The notes: generated by a model not told the origin, from the letters alone. 64,000 nt of DNA from a candidate division FCPU426 bacterium (GCA_963796105.1 CAWCKJ010000004.1:1440001-1504000), one strand, 5' to 3'. Positions 51,512-60,689 are shown, numbered from the stretch's first letter. Program-made: numbers and translations.

Positions 51512-51822
51512 TCACCACATGCCAGCCTTCAATAGAACTTTAATGAGGCTGGTATCGTACCGATCTCATTACATTTTTTAATATGATCGGCACAGGTTTC
51601 TTCGAAACCACAGGAGCACAGTTAAAGCTTTTAGTTCTCTATGGCTGAAAAAAATCCTAATTAAGCTTCAAAATATTCCAAAGAATTCTCTGTGAAAAAT
51701 TTGAAATCAATACCAAATCTTATCGCTTCAAAGAAGATTTAATAAACGTTAAAGAAATTGGTTATTCCTAATAAAAAGTTTAAACTGTGTCTCTGTGCGG
51801 TGCGAAGCACCGCTGTGGTGAA
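51512..51822. repeat. Gene-less element whose left end is interrupted by micro-element copy 3 (51520-51592)
   Basis: TCACCACA[73 bp]CAGGTTTCTTCGAAACCACAGGAGCACAG ... CTGTGTCTCTGTGCGGTGCGAAGCACCGCTGTGGTGAA. Confidence 0.8.
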
Positions 51823-51840
51823 TATTTTTCAGGTTTGAAA

Positions 51841-52494
51841 ATGAAATACACAGAAATATACATCGAAGAACATCGCTGTATCCTCTTGGGCTCGCCGGAA
51901 ATGCCTCCTGGAACACCCATCATCATTACCCTCCATGGCCTCGGGACCAACGCCGACGACTTAGCGCCCCTCTGCGAGGAGCTCGGTTTTTCCGGGTGCC
52001 GTTTTATCCTTCCTGACGCGCCTTTCCAACTGCCGGGTTACCCGCCGGGGGCCTTCGCCTGGTATGACTTCATGAGCCACCATCGAGCCGAGATCGAATC
52101 CAGCCGGGATTATCTTTTTAAAATTTTGGACCGGTTTTCCAACAGCCAGAATCCCCTTATTCTCCTGGGCTTTTCCCAAGGAGGGGTGATGGCATTAGAG
52201 GCGGGATTGAACTACAAGGGAAAGATCACGGCTATTGTTTCCATGAGCGGGTACATGCCTGATCCTAAAGCTACTCTCAAGAAACCCCTCGTTTCCAAGG
52301 AGACGCCCCTGCTCCTGATCCATGGTACCGAAGACCCGGTGGTGCCGGTGGATGGCTCCAGGGAAGCGGTTAAGGCCTTGAAGGAGGCGGGATACCAGCC
52401 TGTGTTGAAGGAATTTCCCATGCCCCATACCATTACCGAGGAATCACTGGAAGCCGTTCAGGAATTTTTGGGAGGAATAATTCCAAAAACCTAA
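51841..52494 (+). CDS. Phospholipase/carboxylesterase, paralog of 24490-25272
   Basis: LHGLG, GFSQGG, HGTEDPVVP, MPH. Confidence 0.9.
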   Translation: MKYTEIYIEEHRCILLGSPEMPPGTPIIITLHGLGTNADDLAPLCEELGFSGCRFILPDAPFQLPGYPPGAFAWYDFMSHHRAEIESSRDYLFKILDRFSNSQNPLILLGFSQGGVMALEAGLNYKGKITAIVSMSGYMPDPKATLKKPLVSKETPLLLIHGTEDPVVPVDGSREAVKALKEAGYQPVLKEFPMPHTITEESLEAVQEFLGGIIPKT

Positions 52495-52596
52495 TTTTGC
52501 TAAGTTGGGTTATTCTTGAAAATGCATCCAATAGGTTTGTAACTTATATCACTCGGAAAATCGGTCTTGCTCGAAAAACAATTGGGGGGTTTCACT

Positions 52597-53499
52597 ATGG
52601 TTTGGTTACGAAGGATCGCCTTGTTTTTGCTGGTCAACTTCCTGGTCATGGTCACCCTTTCCATCACCATGAACCTTTTAGGAATAGGGCACTATCTCAC
52701 GGCCCAGGGGATTGATTACACGTCCTTGATGGTCTTCTGCCTGTTTTGGGGATTCGGGGGGGCATTTATATCCCTCCTGCTTTCCAAGGCTATGGTGAAG
52801 TGGAGCATGGGAGTGAAAGTCATACCTCCTGAGAATCCAGCCTCGCCGGAGCAGGAATGGCTTTTAAAGACGGTCCATAAATTGGCCCAAGAGGCCGGTT
52901 TGAAATCCATGCCTGAGGTAGGGATTTACGAGAGCCCGGACCCGAACGCTTTCGCCACGGGTTTCGGGAGGGAAAGCTCCCTGGTATGTGTCTCCACCGG
53001 CTTGTTCCAACTGATGGGAAAAGACGAGATGGAGGGGGTCCTGGGGCACGAGCTGACGCACGTGAGCAACGGCGACATGGTCACCATGACACTCCTGCAA
53101 GGCGTCATCAACGCTTTCGTCATGTTTCTGGCCCGCGTCATCGCTTTCGCTGTCGCAAGGGATAGGAAGAGCAGTTACATGACCCGGATGTTCCTGACGA
53201 TGGCGTTGGAAATCGCATTGAGCATGCTTGGTATGATTGTGGTTATGGCCTTTTCCCGCTGGCGGGAATACCGGGCCGACGCTGGCGGGGCCAGGCTGGC
53301 CGGCCGTTACAAGATGATCAACGCCCTCAAGGCCCTGCAACGAGTCCAGGAGCATTTGATGCCGGTCCAAGAGCCGAAATCCGTGCAAGCTTTCAAGATT
53401 TCCAGCCGAGACGGCTGGATGTCCATTTTCGCCAGCCATCCGCCCCTGGAAAAGCGCATTGAGCGCCTGGAAAATTCCTCGGCTGTTGTGGGGGATTAA
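52597..53499 (+). CDS. htpX: Membrane zinc protease HtpX
   Basis: PNAFATG, GHELTH, NGDMVTMTLLQG, FSRWREYRAD, SHPPLEKRI. Confidence 0.96.
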   Translation: MVWLRRIALFLLVNFLVMVTLSITMNLLGIGHYLTAQGIDYTSLMVFCLFWGFGGAFISLLLSKAMVKWSMGVKVIPPENPASPEQEWLLKTVHKLAQEAGLKSMPEVGIYESPDPNAFATGFGRESSLVCVSTGLFQLMGKDEMEGVLGHELTHVSNGDMVTMTLLQGVINAFVMFLARVIAFAVARDRKSSYMTRMFLTMALEIALSMLGMIVVMAFSRWREYRADAGGARLAGRYKMINALKALQRVQEHLMPVQEPKSVQAFKISSRDGWMSIFASHPPLEKRIERLENSSAVVGD

Positions 53500-53536
53500 A
53501 AAAGACTTCCAAGGTTTTTCAGAAAAGAGATTCCGC

Positions 53537-54622
53537 CTAAGGCCAATTGACGGGCAAACGGACCGGGTGAAAATGGGAACCGGCTTTTTTATACCGCCCC
53601 GCCAAGGGCCTGACTTGTCCATTTCTTAAAGCTTCCACGTGGAGTTTTTCCCAAGCGAAGTCGCTCTTGCCCGCGATGGCCTTGGCCTGTTTCCAATTGA
53701 GCAGGCCTTTGGATTTTTGGCCTTTCAGCCAAGCCGCCTCCGCGAAGCCCAATAGAGTATAAATTCTTCCCCTGGTATCCCCGGTTAATTTGAAAAGTAT
53801 GTCCGCTTTGTGGAAAGCCATGTCCGCGGGCGAGTAGTTACCCAGCAATTTATAGGTGGTCCCAATGGACCAGAGGGTGTAGGCGTAGCTCACCCGGTCC
53901 CCGATGGTTCCGTAGAGTTTTTCAGCCTTGCGGTAAAAGGGAAGAGCTTCAAGAAAACGGCCTGCCATTCGTTCCACGTTCCCAAGCCCGCAATAGGAAT
54001 AGGCCGTGCCGAAGGTATCACTTCTTTGCCTCATGCGGTGGTTGGCATTCCTGTAGTATTTTCCCGACTCCTTGTAGAGGCCAAGCATGCGGAAAATCCC
54101 CCCAAGGGCACAGCAGACATAGGAAATCCCCTCGCTGTTTCCTTGGGTCTTGAACATTTTGAGGGCTTTCTGAAGTTCTTGGAGGCCGGTTTTCATGTCC
54201 CCCGAAATTCTCAGGGTTCCACCCAGGGCCCAATGGGTGAAAGCTTCACCTTCCTTATCCTTCTGCTTCCGATATTCGGATAGGGCGATTCGGAGTTCCC
54301 GCAAGGCTTGGCGGGGCTGTCCCATGGCCCGGGCGGCAAGGGCCCATCCTACTTGAGCGTCCAAAGCCGAATCGGGATCAAGTTTGCCGTATAACTTCTT
54401 AGCTTGTTGATAATGCGCGAGCGATTTTCGGAAGAATCCTTGAATCCGCTCCATGTCGGCCAAACCCTTAAAGGCGGCGGCCTTATCGAGAGGGTCGGTC
54501 GAGATATTTTTCAGGATTTTCAAGTAATGGCGCCGGGCTAGGAGAAAAAGGGATCGTCCGCGGGCTTTTTCCGCGAGTCGAAAGAGCGCATCAGTGTTTT
54601 TGGGTGTTGTTATGTTTTTCAT
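53537..54622 (-). CDS. TPR protein
   Basis: Multiple TPRs (ALGG..R..G); IS1595 inserted just upstream. Confidence 0.8.
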   Translation of the reverse strand: MKNITTPKNTDALFRLAEKARGRSLFLLARRHYLKILKNISTDPLDKAAAFKGLADMERIQGFFRKSLAHYQQAKKLYGKLDPDSALDAQVGWALAARAMGQPRQALRELRIALSEYRKQKDKEGEAFTHWALGGTLRISGDMKTGLQELQKALKMFKTQGNSEGISYVCCALGGIFRMLGLYKESGKYYRNANHRMRQRSDTFGTAYSYCGLGNVERMAGRFLEALPFYRKAEKLYGTIGDRVSYAYTLWSIGTTYKLLGNYSPADMAFHKADILFKLTGDTRGRIYTLLGFAEAAWLKGQKSKGLLNWKQAKAIAGKSDFAWEKLHVEALRNGQVRPLAGRYKKAGSHFHPVRLPVNWP

Positions 54623-54645
54623 GACGCCAAAGTATCCCATTTTTA

Positions 54646-55633
54646 CATGCCTATCCGAACAACGCTTGCGCAGTAATGGGTTTTGCCAAAGCGCAAGCGG
54701 TTAAGGCCCGGTGAAATAAGGAATCTGGGTCATGGCGACGATTGAACCGATAAGTATATTCGCTCAAGTATCCAGGCAGATATTTCACGTTGACTCCATG
54801 ATGGGTTCCTAGGATCCAAGCCTTGGCGTTGGAAATGAATCGGTGGACCCAAGGTAACCAGTGATTTAACACCACTGGGTCATTGGCTGTTACCTGGTAC
54901 TCCACATCCACGTTTTCCAAGTTTCTCAAGCTGGGACTGGCATCCGTGTTTATCATGGCGCCTTTCTGGATTGCTTGATCGACGAATGCTTGGGCTTCCC
55001 ACTTGGTTTCTGCGGTCACCTTTATCTTTGCAAAACCCGCTTTCTCTTTTTTGCGCCCTTTCTCATCTATCCATTCTTTGCTTTCAACCGCCACCAGCAC
55101 TTCAGCCTGGTTTTCCTTTTCTCTCTTGCCGAATACAGCCCCATCCAACTCAATGATTTCCTTGAGTTGGTAATTTTCATCCCTTTGTCGAAGACTTTCC
55201 CGAATCTTATGCAACATCCTCCAAACGGTATCGTAGGAGGGCATTCCCAATTGCCGCTGAAGTTCCAGGGCTGAAATGCCCCTTTTCCCTTGCATCACCA
55301 ATCCAATCATCCTCAACCAGGTTAAGATTGGGATCTTGGATTTCCGGAAGATCGTTCCGGCTCGAAGCCGTATTTGCTTTCGACAATAGTCACATTCCCG
55401 CACTTCGGGGCGGTTTTTGTGTTGCCAGAAACTTTCTCCTTCACATTGTGGGCAAACAAAGTCTTTTCCGGCAAAACGGCTCTTCCACACCCATTGACGT
55501 GCCTTTTCTTCTGTATCGATTTCCTTGAAAATCTCAATCCCCTTCATCCGTTGGTAGTTCATAATTTGCCCCTCCAACAATGAGTATACTCCTGTATTCC
55601 TTTATTTCAACAGGTACCGTTTGGAGAGGCATT
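54646..55633 (-). mobile_element. IS1595-family insertion sequence
   Basis: IRs ATGCCTATCCGAAC / GTTTGGAGAGGCAT; 8-bp TSD CATTTTTA. Confidence 0.92.
54651..55580 (-). CDS. IS1595 transposase
   Basis: CPQC...CDYC zinc ribbon, ISALELQRQL, ELDG, NTDA, YLSEYTYRFNRR. Confidence 0.95.
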   Translation of the reverse strand: MLEGQIMNYQRMKGIEIFKEIDTEEKARQWVWKSRFAGKDFVCPQCEGESFWQHKNRPEVRECDYCRKQIRLRAGTIFRKSKIPILTWLRMIGLVMQGKRGISALELQRQLGMPSYDTVWRMLHKIRESLRQRDENYQLKEIIELDGAVFGKREKENQAEVLVAVESKEWIDEKGRKKEKAGFAKIKVTAETKWEAQAFVDQAIQKGAMINTDASPSLRNLENVDVEYQVTANDPVVLNHWLPWVHRFISNAKAWILGTHHGVNVKYLPGYLSEYTYRFNRRHDPDSLFHRALTACALAKPITAQALFG

Positions 55634-55671
55634 CATTTTTAATGAAAACAGCTAAGAAAATTAACGACTTG

Positions 55672-55707
55672 AACCACAGGTCCTCTTCGAGGACCACCGA
55701 GGCACAG
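55672..55707. repeat. Solo left end of the GxxExxY-associated element
   Basis: AACCACAG-GTCCTCTTCGAGGAC-CACCGAGGCACAG, nearly identical to 18349. Confidence 0.7.
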
Positions 55708-55869
55708 TTTAAAAATTCGCCTTAAAATGACTCTAAACTTTTTTCTAAGGTTTCTAAAAAATACAAAATTGTCAAACTGGACCACAACCCATAATGTATG
55801 GTTCTACATTATTGAACTCCGATTTTTGTCTAAACCCTAAAATCCCTTTCATTTCAATCGCTTTTCACT

Positions 55870-55885
55870 TGGCACGAAACTCGCT
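55870..55885 (+). promoter_or_regulatory. Sigma54 promoter of amt1-PII
   Basis: TGGCACGAAACTCGCT (GG-N10-GC spacing conserved). Confidence 0.7.
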
Positions 55886-55956
55886 TAACCCAGAGGCTTG
55901 TGTTGGGGCCTTGGGGAGAGGGGTTCCATCAATTTTGTCTCAAGGAGCGGGAAGAA

Positions 55957-57297
55957 ATGAAATTTCTTCAGGGTTTAGTTTTGTTCTTGCGGAAGAAGCC
56001 TGCTGTTTTGGCCATGGCGGTTTTTTCCGTTTTGTCCCTGGTCCCGGTTTGGGCCCAGCAAGCGGCGCCGGCAGCGCCCGCTGCACCTGCCACGCCGGCC
56101 ATCAGCGCCGGTGACACAGCCTGGGTGCTGGCCTCAGCGGCGTTGGTCCTGTTGATGACGCCGGGCTTGGCGTTTTTCTACGCGGGAATGGTTCGCCGCA
56201 AGAACGTCATGGCCACCATCATGCAAAGCTTTTTCATGGTGGCCCTCATCAGCGTGCAATGGGTCGTCTGGGGTTATTCCCTGGCATTCAGCCCCGGGAG
56301 CAACTTTATCGGGGGCTTGAGCTGGATGTTCCTCGAAAACATGCCGGCGGTCAACCCGGCCGCGCCGACCATCCCCCATTACGCCTTCATGATTTTCCAG
56401 GCCATGTTCGCCATCATCACCCCGGCCTTAATCTGCGGGGCCTACGCAGAGCGCGTGAATTTCAAGGGCTTCGTGGTGTTCTCTTTGCTTTGGGCCACGT
56501 TCGTCTATGACCCCATCGCCCATTGGGTTTGGGGCGGCGGGTATTTCAAGGACGCCCTGGATTTCGCAGGGGGAACCGTGGTTCATATGTCCTCCGGTTA
56601 CTCCGCCCTGACACTGGCTTTACTCTTGGGGACCCGGAAGAATTATGGAAGGGAACCAATGGTTCCCCATAACTTAACTCTTGTCCTCTTGGGCGCGAGT
56701 CTCCTGTGGTTCGGCTGGTTCGGCTTCAACGCAGGATCGGCTGGGGCGGCGAACGCCCTGGCTTGCAACGCCTTTGTGACTACGAATACCGCTACCGCCA
56801 TGGCCGCCATCACCTGGTGCGTCATCGAGCTTTTCCACCATGGAAAGGCCACCTCGCTCGGCGCCGCCTCGGGCGCGGTAGCGGGGCTGGTTGCCATCAC
56901 TCCTGCCTGCGGTTACGTTGATTTAAAAAGCTCCTTGGTGATCGGCATGATCGTGAGCATCCTTTGCTATACCGCCATTCAGGTCAAGGTGAAGCTAGGT
57001 TATGACGATTCATTGGATGCTTTTGGGGTCCACGGCGTCGGGGGGACCTGGGGCGCCCTTGCCACGGGCTTGTTCGCCCTCAAGGCCATTAACGGCGCGG
57101 ACGGGCTTTTTGCCGGTAACCCCGGCCAATTCTTCATTCAAATCAAAGTCGCGGCGACCACCATTGTTTACGCGGTGGTCCTGACGACTATTATTTATTT
57201 TGTCGTTGAGAAAACCATTGGTCTGCGTGTTTCACAGAAGGACGAGGAAATGGGGTTGGACATTTCTCAACATGGCGAGGAAGGCTACAACATATAA
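55957..57297 (+). CDS. amtB: Ammonium transporter
   Basis: MTPGLAFFYAG, DFAGGTVVH, WFGWFGFN, DAFGVHG (twin His intact). Confidence 0.97.
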   Translation: MKFLQGLVLFLRKKPAVLAMAVFSVLSLVPVWAQQAAPAAPAAPATPAISAGDTAWVLASAALVLLMTPGLAFFYAGMVRRKNVMATIMQSFFMVALISVQWVVWGYSLAFSPGSNFIGGLSWMFLENMPAVNPAAPTIPHYAFMIFQAMFAIITPALICGAYAERVNFKGFVVFSLLWATFVYDPIAHWVWGGGYFKDALDFAGGTVVHMSSGYSALTLALLLGTRKNYGREPMVPHNLTLVLLGASLLWFGWFGFNAGSAGAANALACNAFVTTNTATAMAAITWCVIELFHHGKATSLGAASGAVAGLVAITPACGYVDLKSSLVIGMIVSILCYTAIQVKVKLGYDDSLDAFGVHGVGGTWGALATGLFALKAINGADGLFAGNPGQFFIQIKVAATTIVYAVVLTTIIYFVVEKTIGLRVSQKDEEMGLDISQHGEEGYNI

Positions 57298-57357
57298 CAA
57301 TAAAAGAGGTTTAATTCATTCTTAAGCACGGTTGATCCGTGAGAAGGGAATTATAAA

Positions 57358-57693
57358 GTGAAAAAAATTGAGGCGGTTATCAGACCCAGCGCGTTGAGGG
57401 CGGTTTTGGACAACTTGAAGATCGTCGGTTATCCCGGTGTGACGGTGGCGGAAGTCCAGGGGCACGGAAAGCAAAAAGGAATCACCGAGTCCTACCGAGG
57501 ACAGAGTGTTGAGGGATTGCTTCCCAAGATCATCGTGACAGCGGTGGTCCACGATAAGCAGGTGGGAAAAGTCACTGCCTGCATCATCAAGGCCACAAGG
57601 ACAGGGGAAATCGGCGACGGAAAAATCTTCGTTTCCCCGGTCGCGGACGCCATTCGCATTCGGACAGGCGAAAAAGGGGATAAGGCCGTCTAA
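57358..57693 (+). CDS. glnK: PII protein (GlnK-like, amt-linked)
   Basis: KKIEAVIRP, TGEIGDGKIFV, RIRTGE. Confidence 0.9.
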   Translation: MKKIEAVIRPSALRAVLDNLKIVGYPGVTVAEVQGHGKQKGITESYRGQSVEGLLPKIIVTAVVHDKQVGKVTACIIKATRTGEIGDGKIFVSPVADAIRIRTGEKGDKAV

Positions 57694-57721
57694 TACCTTT
57701 TCCAAAACATTTACTATCAAA

Positions 57722-57752
57722 AAAAGCCTGGGATTATTTCTTGGGCTTTTTT
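57722..57752 (+). terminator. Intrinsic terminator
   Basis: AAAAAGCCTGGGA...TCTTGGGCTTTTT. Confidence 0.65.
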
Positions 57753-57935
57753 ATTAAATCCGGGATAAATAAAGTTGACAAGAATCGATTCACCCAAGAA
57801 AAGACCAAGATTTTTAGTTTTAAGGCAGTTTTGCATGAATTCCCGTCATTTTTAAATAGTGTCAAAGGCTTTGGTTGGTTATTCTTTCTTCGTTTTGAGG
57901 TGGGTTTTTACCCATATTTAAACTGGAGAGAGAAA

Positions 57936-59264
57936 ATGAACCAGAACAGTTTTATATTTTCAATTTTGAAGCGATTGTCCGTTCGCCTTGGCACGGCGAC
58001 AGTGTTTTTTGTCCTTACTGGAACGGCTTTCGCGCAGCAAAGCGCGTCGGCGCCCGGCGCGATCAATTCGGGCGACACGGCTTGGGTTTTGGCTTCTGCG
58101 GCTCTCGTCATGCTGATGACTCCCGGTTTGGGGCTTTTTTACGGCGGCATGGTGCGCCGGAAAAACGTTCTGGCGACCATCATGCAGAGTTTTTTCCTAG
58201 TCGCCTTGATCGGTATCCAGTGGGTGATCTGGGGATACTCCCTGGCCTTCAGCCAGGGAAATGATTTCGTGGGCGGACTATCCTGGACCATGCTTAACGG
58301 CATCGGAGCGGTCAACTCCAACGCCCCGACCATTCCCCATTACGCCTTCATTCTATTCCAGGCCATGTTCGCCATCATCACGCCGGCCCTCATTACCGGC
58401 GCCTTTGCCGAGAGGGTCAAGTTCAGCGGTTTCATTCTTTTCTCCCTGCTTTGGGCCACGTTCATTTATGACCCTGTCGCTCATTGGGTCTGGGGCGGGG
58501 GTTATTGGCAGCAAAAGGGAGCCCTCGATTTCGCCGGGGGAGCCGTGGTCCATATCACCGCCGGGTTCTCTGCGCTCGCCATGGCGCTTATGACTAGAAA
58601 GCGGAAAGGCTACGGAACGGTTCTCATGGTTCCCCATAACATGACCATGGTATTGACCGGCACGGGCCTCCTCTGGTTCGGTTGGTTCGGATTCAACGCC
58701 GGCTCAGCCCTAGGCGCCAACGCCATAGCCTGCACGGCATTCCTCGCCACCAACACAGCCGGCGCGGCCGCGACACTGGTTTGGTGCCTGATTGAGAAAC
58801 TTCACCGTGGAAAATCCACGGCTCTCGGAGCCGCTTCCGGGGCCATCGCGGGCCTTGCCGCCGTGACACCAGCTTCGGGTTTCGTTGACATGACCGGGGC
58901 CATTTGTATCGGGTCCTTGGCCAGCCTACTTTGCTACGGGGCCATTCTGTTCAAGATTAAATTGGGTTACGATGATTCCCTGGACGCGTTCGGCGTCCAT
59001 GGCGTAGGGGGTTTTTGGGGGATCTTGGCCTTGGGGTTATGGGCCAACCCATTGATCGCCGGCAAGGCCGGGTTTTTCTACGGGAACGCCAGCCTCTTCA
59101 CCATCCAATTCCTTTTGGCGGTATCCACCGCTTTGTATTCCTTTATCGGCACGGTTATACTGTTCTACCTGGTTGAAAAAACCATCGGATTCAGGGCCAG
59201 CGAGAGGGAAGAAGACACCGGTCTCGACATATCCCAACACGGCGAGGAAGGCTACAACTATTAA
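57936..59264 (+). CDS. amtB: Ammonium transporter, second copy
   Basis: Same Amt motifs; close paralog of 55957. Confidence 0.97.
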   Translation: MNQNSFIFSILKRLSVRLGTATVFFVLTGTAFAQQSASAPGAINSGDTAWVLASAALVMLMTPGLGLFYGGMVRRKNVLATIMQSFFLVALIGIQWVIWGYSLAFSQGNDFVGGLSWTMLNGIGAVNSNAPTIPHYAFILFQAMFAIITPALITGAFAERVKFSGFILFSLLWATFIYDPVAHWVWGGGYWQQKGALDFAGGAVVHITAGFSALAMALMTRKRKGYGTVLMVPHNMTMVLTGTGLLWFGWFGFNAGSALGANAIACTAFLATNTAGAAATLVWCLIEKLHRGKSTALGAASGAIAGLAAVTPASGFVDMTGAICIGSLASLLCYGAILFKIKLGYDDSLDAFGVHGVGGFWGILALGLWANPLIAGKAGFFYGNASLFTIQFLLAVSTALYSFIGTVILFYLVEKTIGFRASEREEDTGLDISQHGEEGYNY

Positions 59265-59345
59265 ACAATAACCGGGGATTTATGGCCCGGGCCACAAGGA
59301 AAACGGGGAAATAGGTTTTATTTAAACAATTAAAGGGGGATATTC

Positions 59346-59681
59346 ATGAAGCGAATCGAAGCTATTATCAGGCCAGGCGCTTTAAGGGCCGTCATGGACG
59401 GCTTAAAAGCGGTGGGTTACTCGGGCGTCACCGTCGCGGACGTGCACGGGCACGGTAAACAAAGGGGCGTGACCCAGCATTACCGGGGACAAAGCGTGGA
59501 AGGCCTCCTTCCTAAGCTGTTGGTCACGACGGTGGTGAAAGACAAGGAAGTCCAAAAGGTCGTGAAGATCATCATCACCACCAACCAGACCGGCGAAATC
59601 GGGGATGGGAAGATTTTCATCTCGCCCGTGGCGGACGCGATCCGCATTCGAACGGGGGAAAAGGGCGAAAAGGCCCTTTAA
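59346..59681 (+). CDS. glnK: PII protein (GlnK-like, amt-linked), second copy
   Basis: KRIEAIIRP, TGEIGDGKIFI, RIRTGE. Confidence 0.9.
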   Translation: MKRIEAIIRPGALRAVMDGLKAVGYSGVTVADVHGHGKQRGVTQHYRGQSVEGLLPKLLVTTVVKDKEVQKVVKIIITTNQTGEIGDGKIFISPVADAIRIRTGEKGEKAL

Positions 59682-59708
59682 CCGCGCATCCAAAGGGGAA
59701 AAGATCCC

Positions 59709-60689
59709 ATGCTGAAGAGCTGGCTCATGGTTCTCTTGGCTTTGGTCTTTTCCCCAAGCCTTTGCGCCGACAAGTCTTTTCCGGATGTGAGGGTCGTTCC
59801 ATGGAACGGACATAAGGCCGCGACCTCCCTCACATTCGACGACGGCGACCCCTCCCACCTGGATGTTGCCATTCCGGAATTAAACCAACGGGGTATGAAA
59901 GCCACCTTTTTTCTCATCGCCAACCGGATCGACCGCAAGGATGATTGGCGCAAAATCCTGGCGTTTGGCCACGAGATCGGCAACCACACCCTGGATCACA
60001 AGCACGCCCAGGAGCTCTCGGCCCAAGACGCGGAATCCCAGGTGATTGGCGCCCAAAACGTCCTCCAAAAAGAATTTGGAATTTCTGTCGCCACCTTCGC
60101 CTACCCTTATATTGAGATAACCCCGCTTTTGAAGACGACGGTGGGCCGTTCCCACTTGCTGGCCAGGGGTGGGGGCGGGACTGAGGACATGAAACCGGAT
60201 GCGGAACCCGATTGGATGAACCTTCCAGCCTGCATGACCCGGACAGATCTGCCTTTTTCAACCTACAAGCAATGGATTGACAAGGATTTTCAGGATGGGG
60301 CCTGGATGGTTTGGATGATCCACGGCCTGGAAGGGACACTTTCGGGTTGGAATCCCATTTCGAAAAAAGCATTTGAACAGATCCTGGATAAAATCCAGTC
60401 CAAGGATATTTGGGTGGATACCCTTTTAAATATCGGGAGTTATTTCCGGGCGCAAAAAGAATTCGAGAAAGCCTTGGTCAGCGAAACCGAGGGGGAAAAG
60501 AAACTCAAGTGGAAGGTTCCAGATTTATTTCCGCCCGGGAAGATCCTGAAAATCACCTTGGGACCGCAAACAGGGGCTGGCTCTCACGATGAATTGATCC
60601 AAGGCGGCAGGCAACTCATCATGGGTAAAGATGGGTTTTATGATTTGGACTTTTCCTCCGGTGAGCTTGTCATTCGGTTATTACAGTAG
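59709..60689 (+). CDS. Exported polysaccharide deacetylase (CE4/NodB)
   Basis: Signal peptide, TFDDG, HEIGNHTLDH, FAYPY. Confidence 0.88.
   Translation: MLKSWLMVLLALVFSPSLCADKSFPDVRVVPWNGHKAATSLTFDDGDPSHLDVAIPELNQRGMKATFFLIANRIDRKDDWRKILAFGHEIGNHTLDHKHAQELSAQDAESQVIGAQNVLQKEFGISVATFAYPYIEITPLLKTTVGRSHLLARGGGGTEDMKPDAEPDWMNLPACMTRTDLPFSTYKQWIDKDFQDGAWMVWMIHGLEGTLSGWNPISKKAFEQILDKIQSKDIWVDTLLNIGSYFRAQKEFEKALVSETEGEKKLKWKVPDLFPPGKILKITLGPQTGAGSHDELIQGGRQLIMGKDGFYDLDFSSGELVIRLLQ

Noticed and set aside
57989..58005. TGGCAC as a sigma54 promoter for amt2
   Set aside because: Inside the coding region and lacks a GC at the -12 position.
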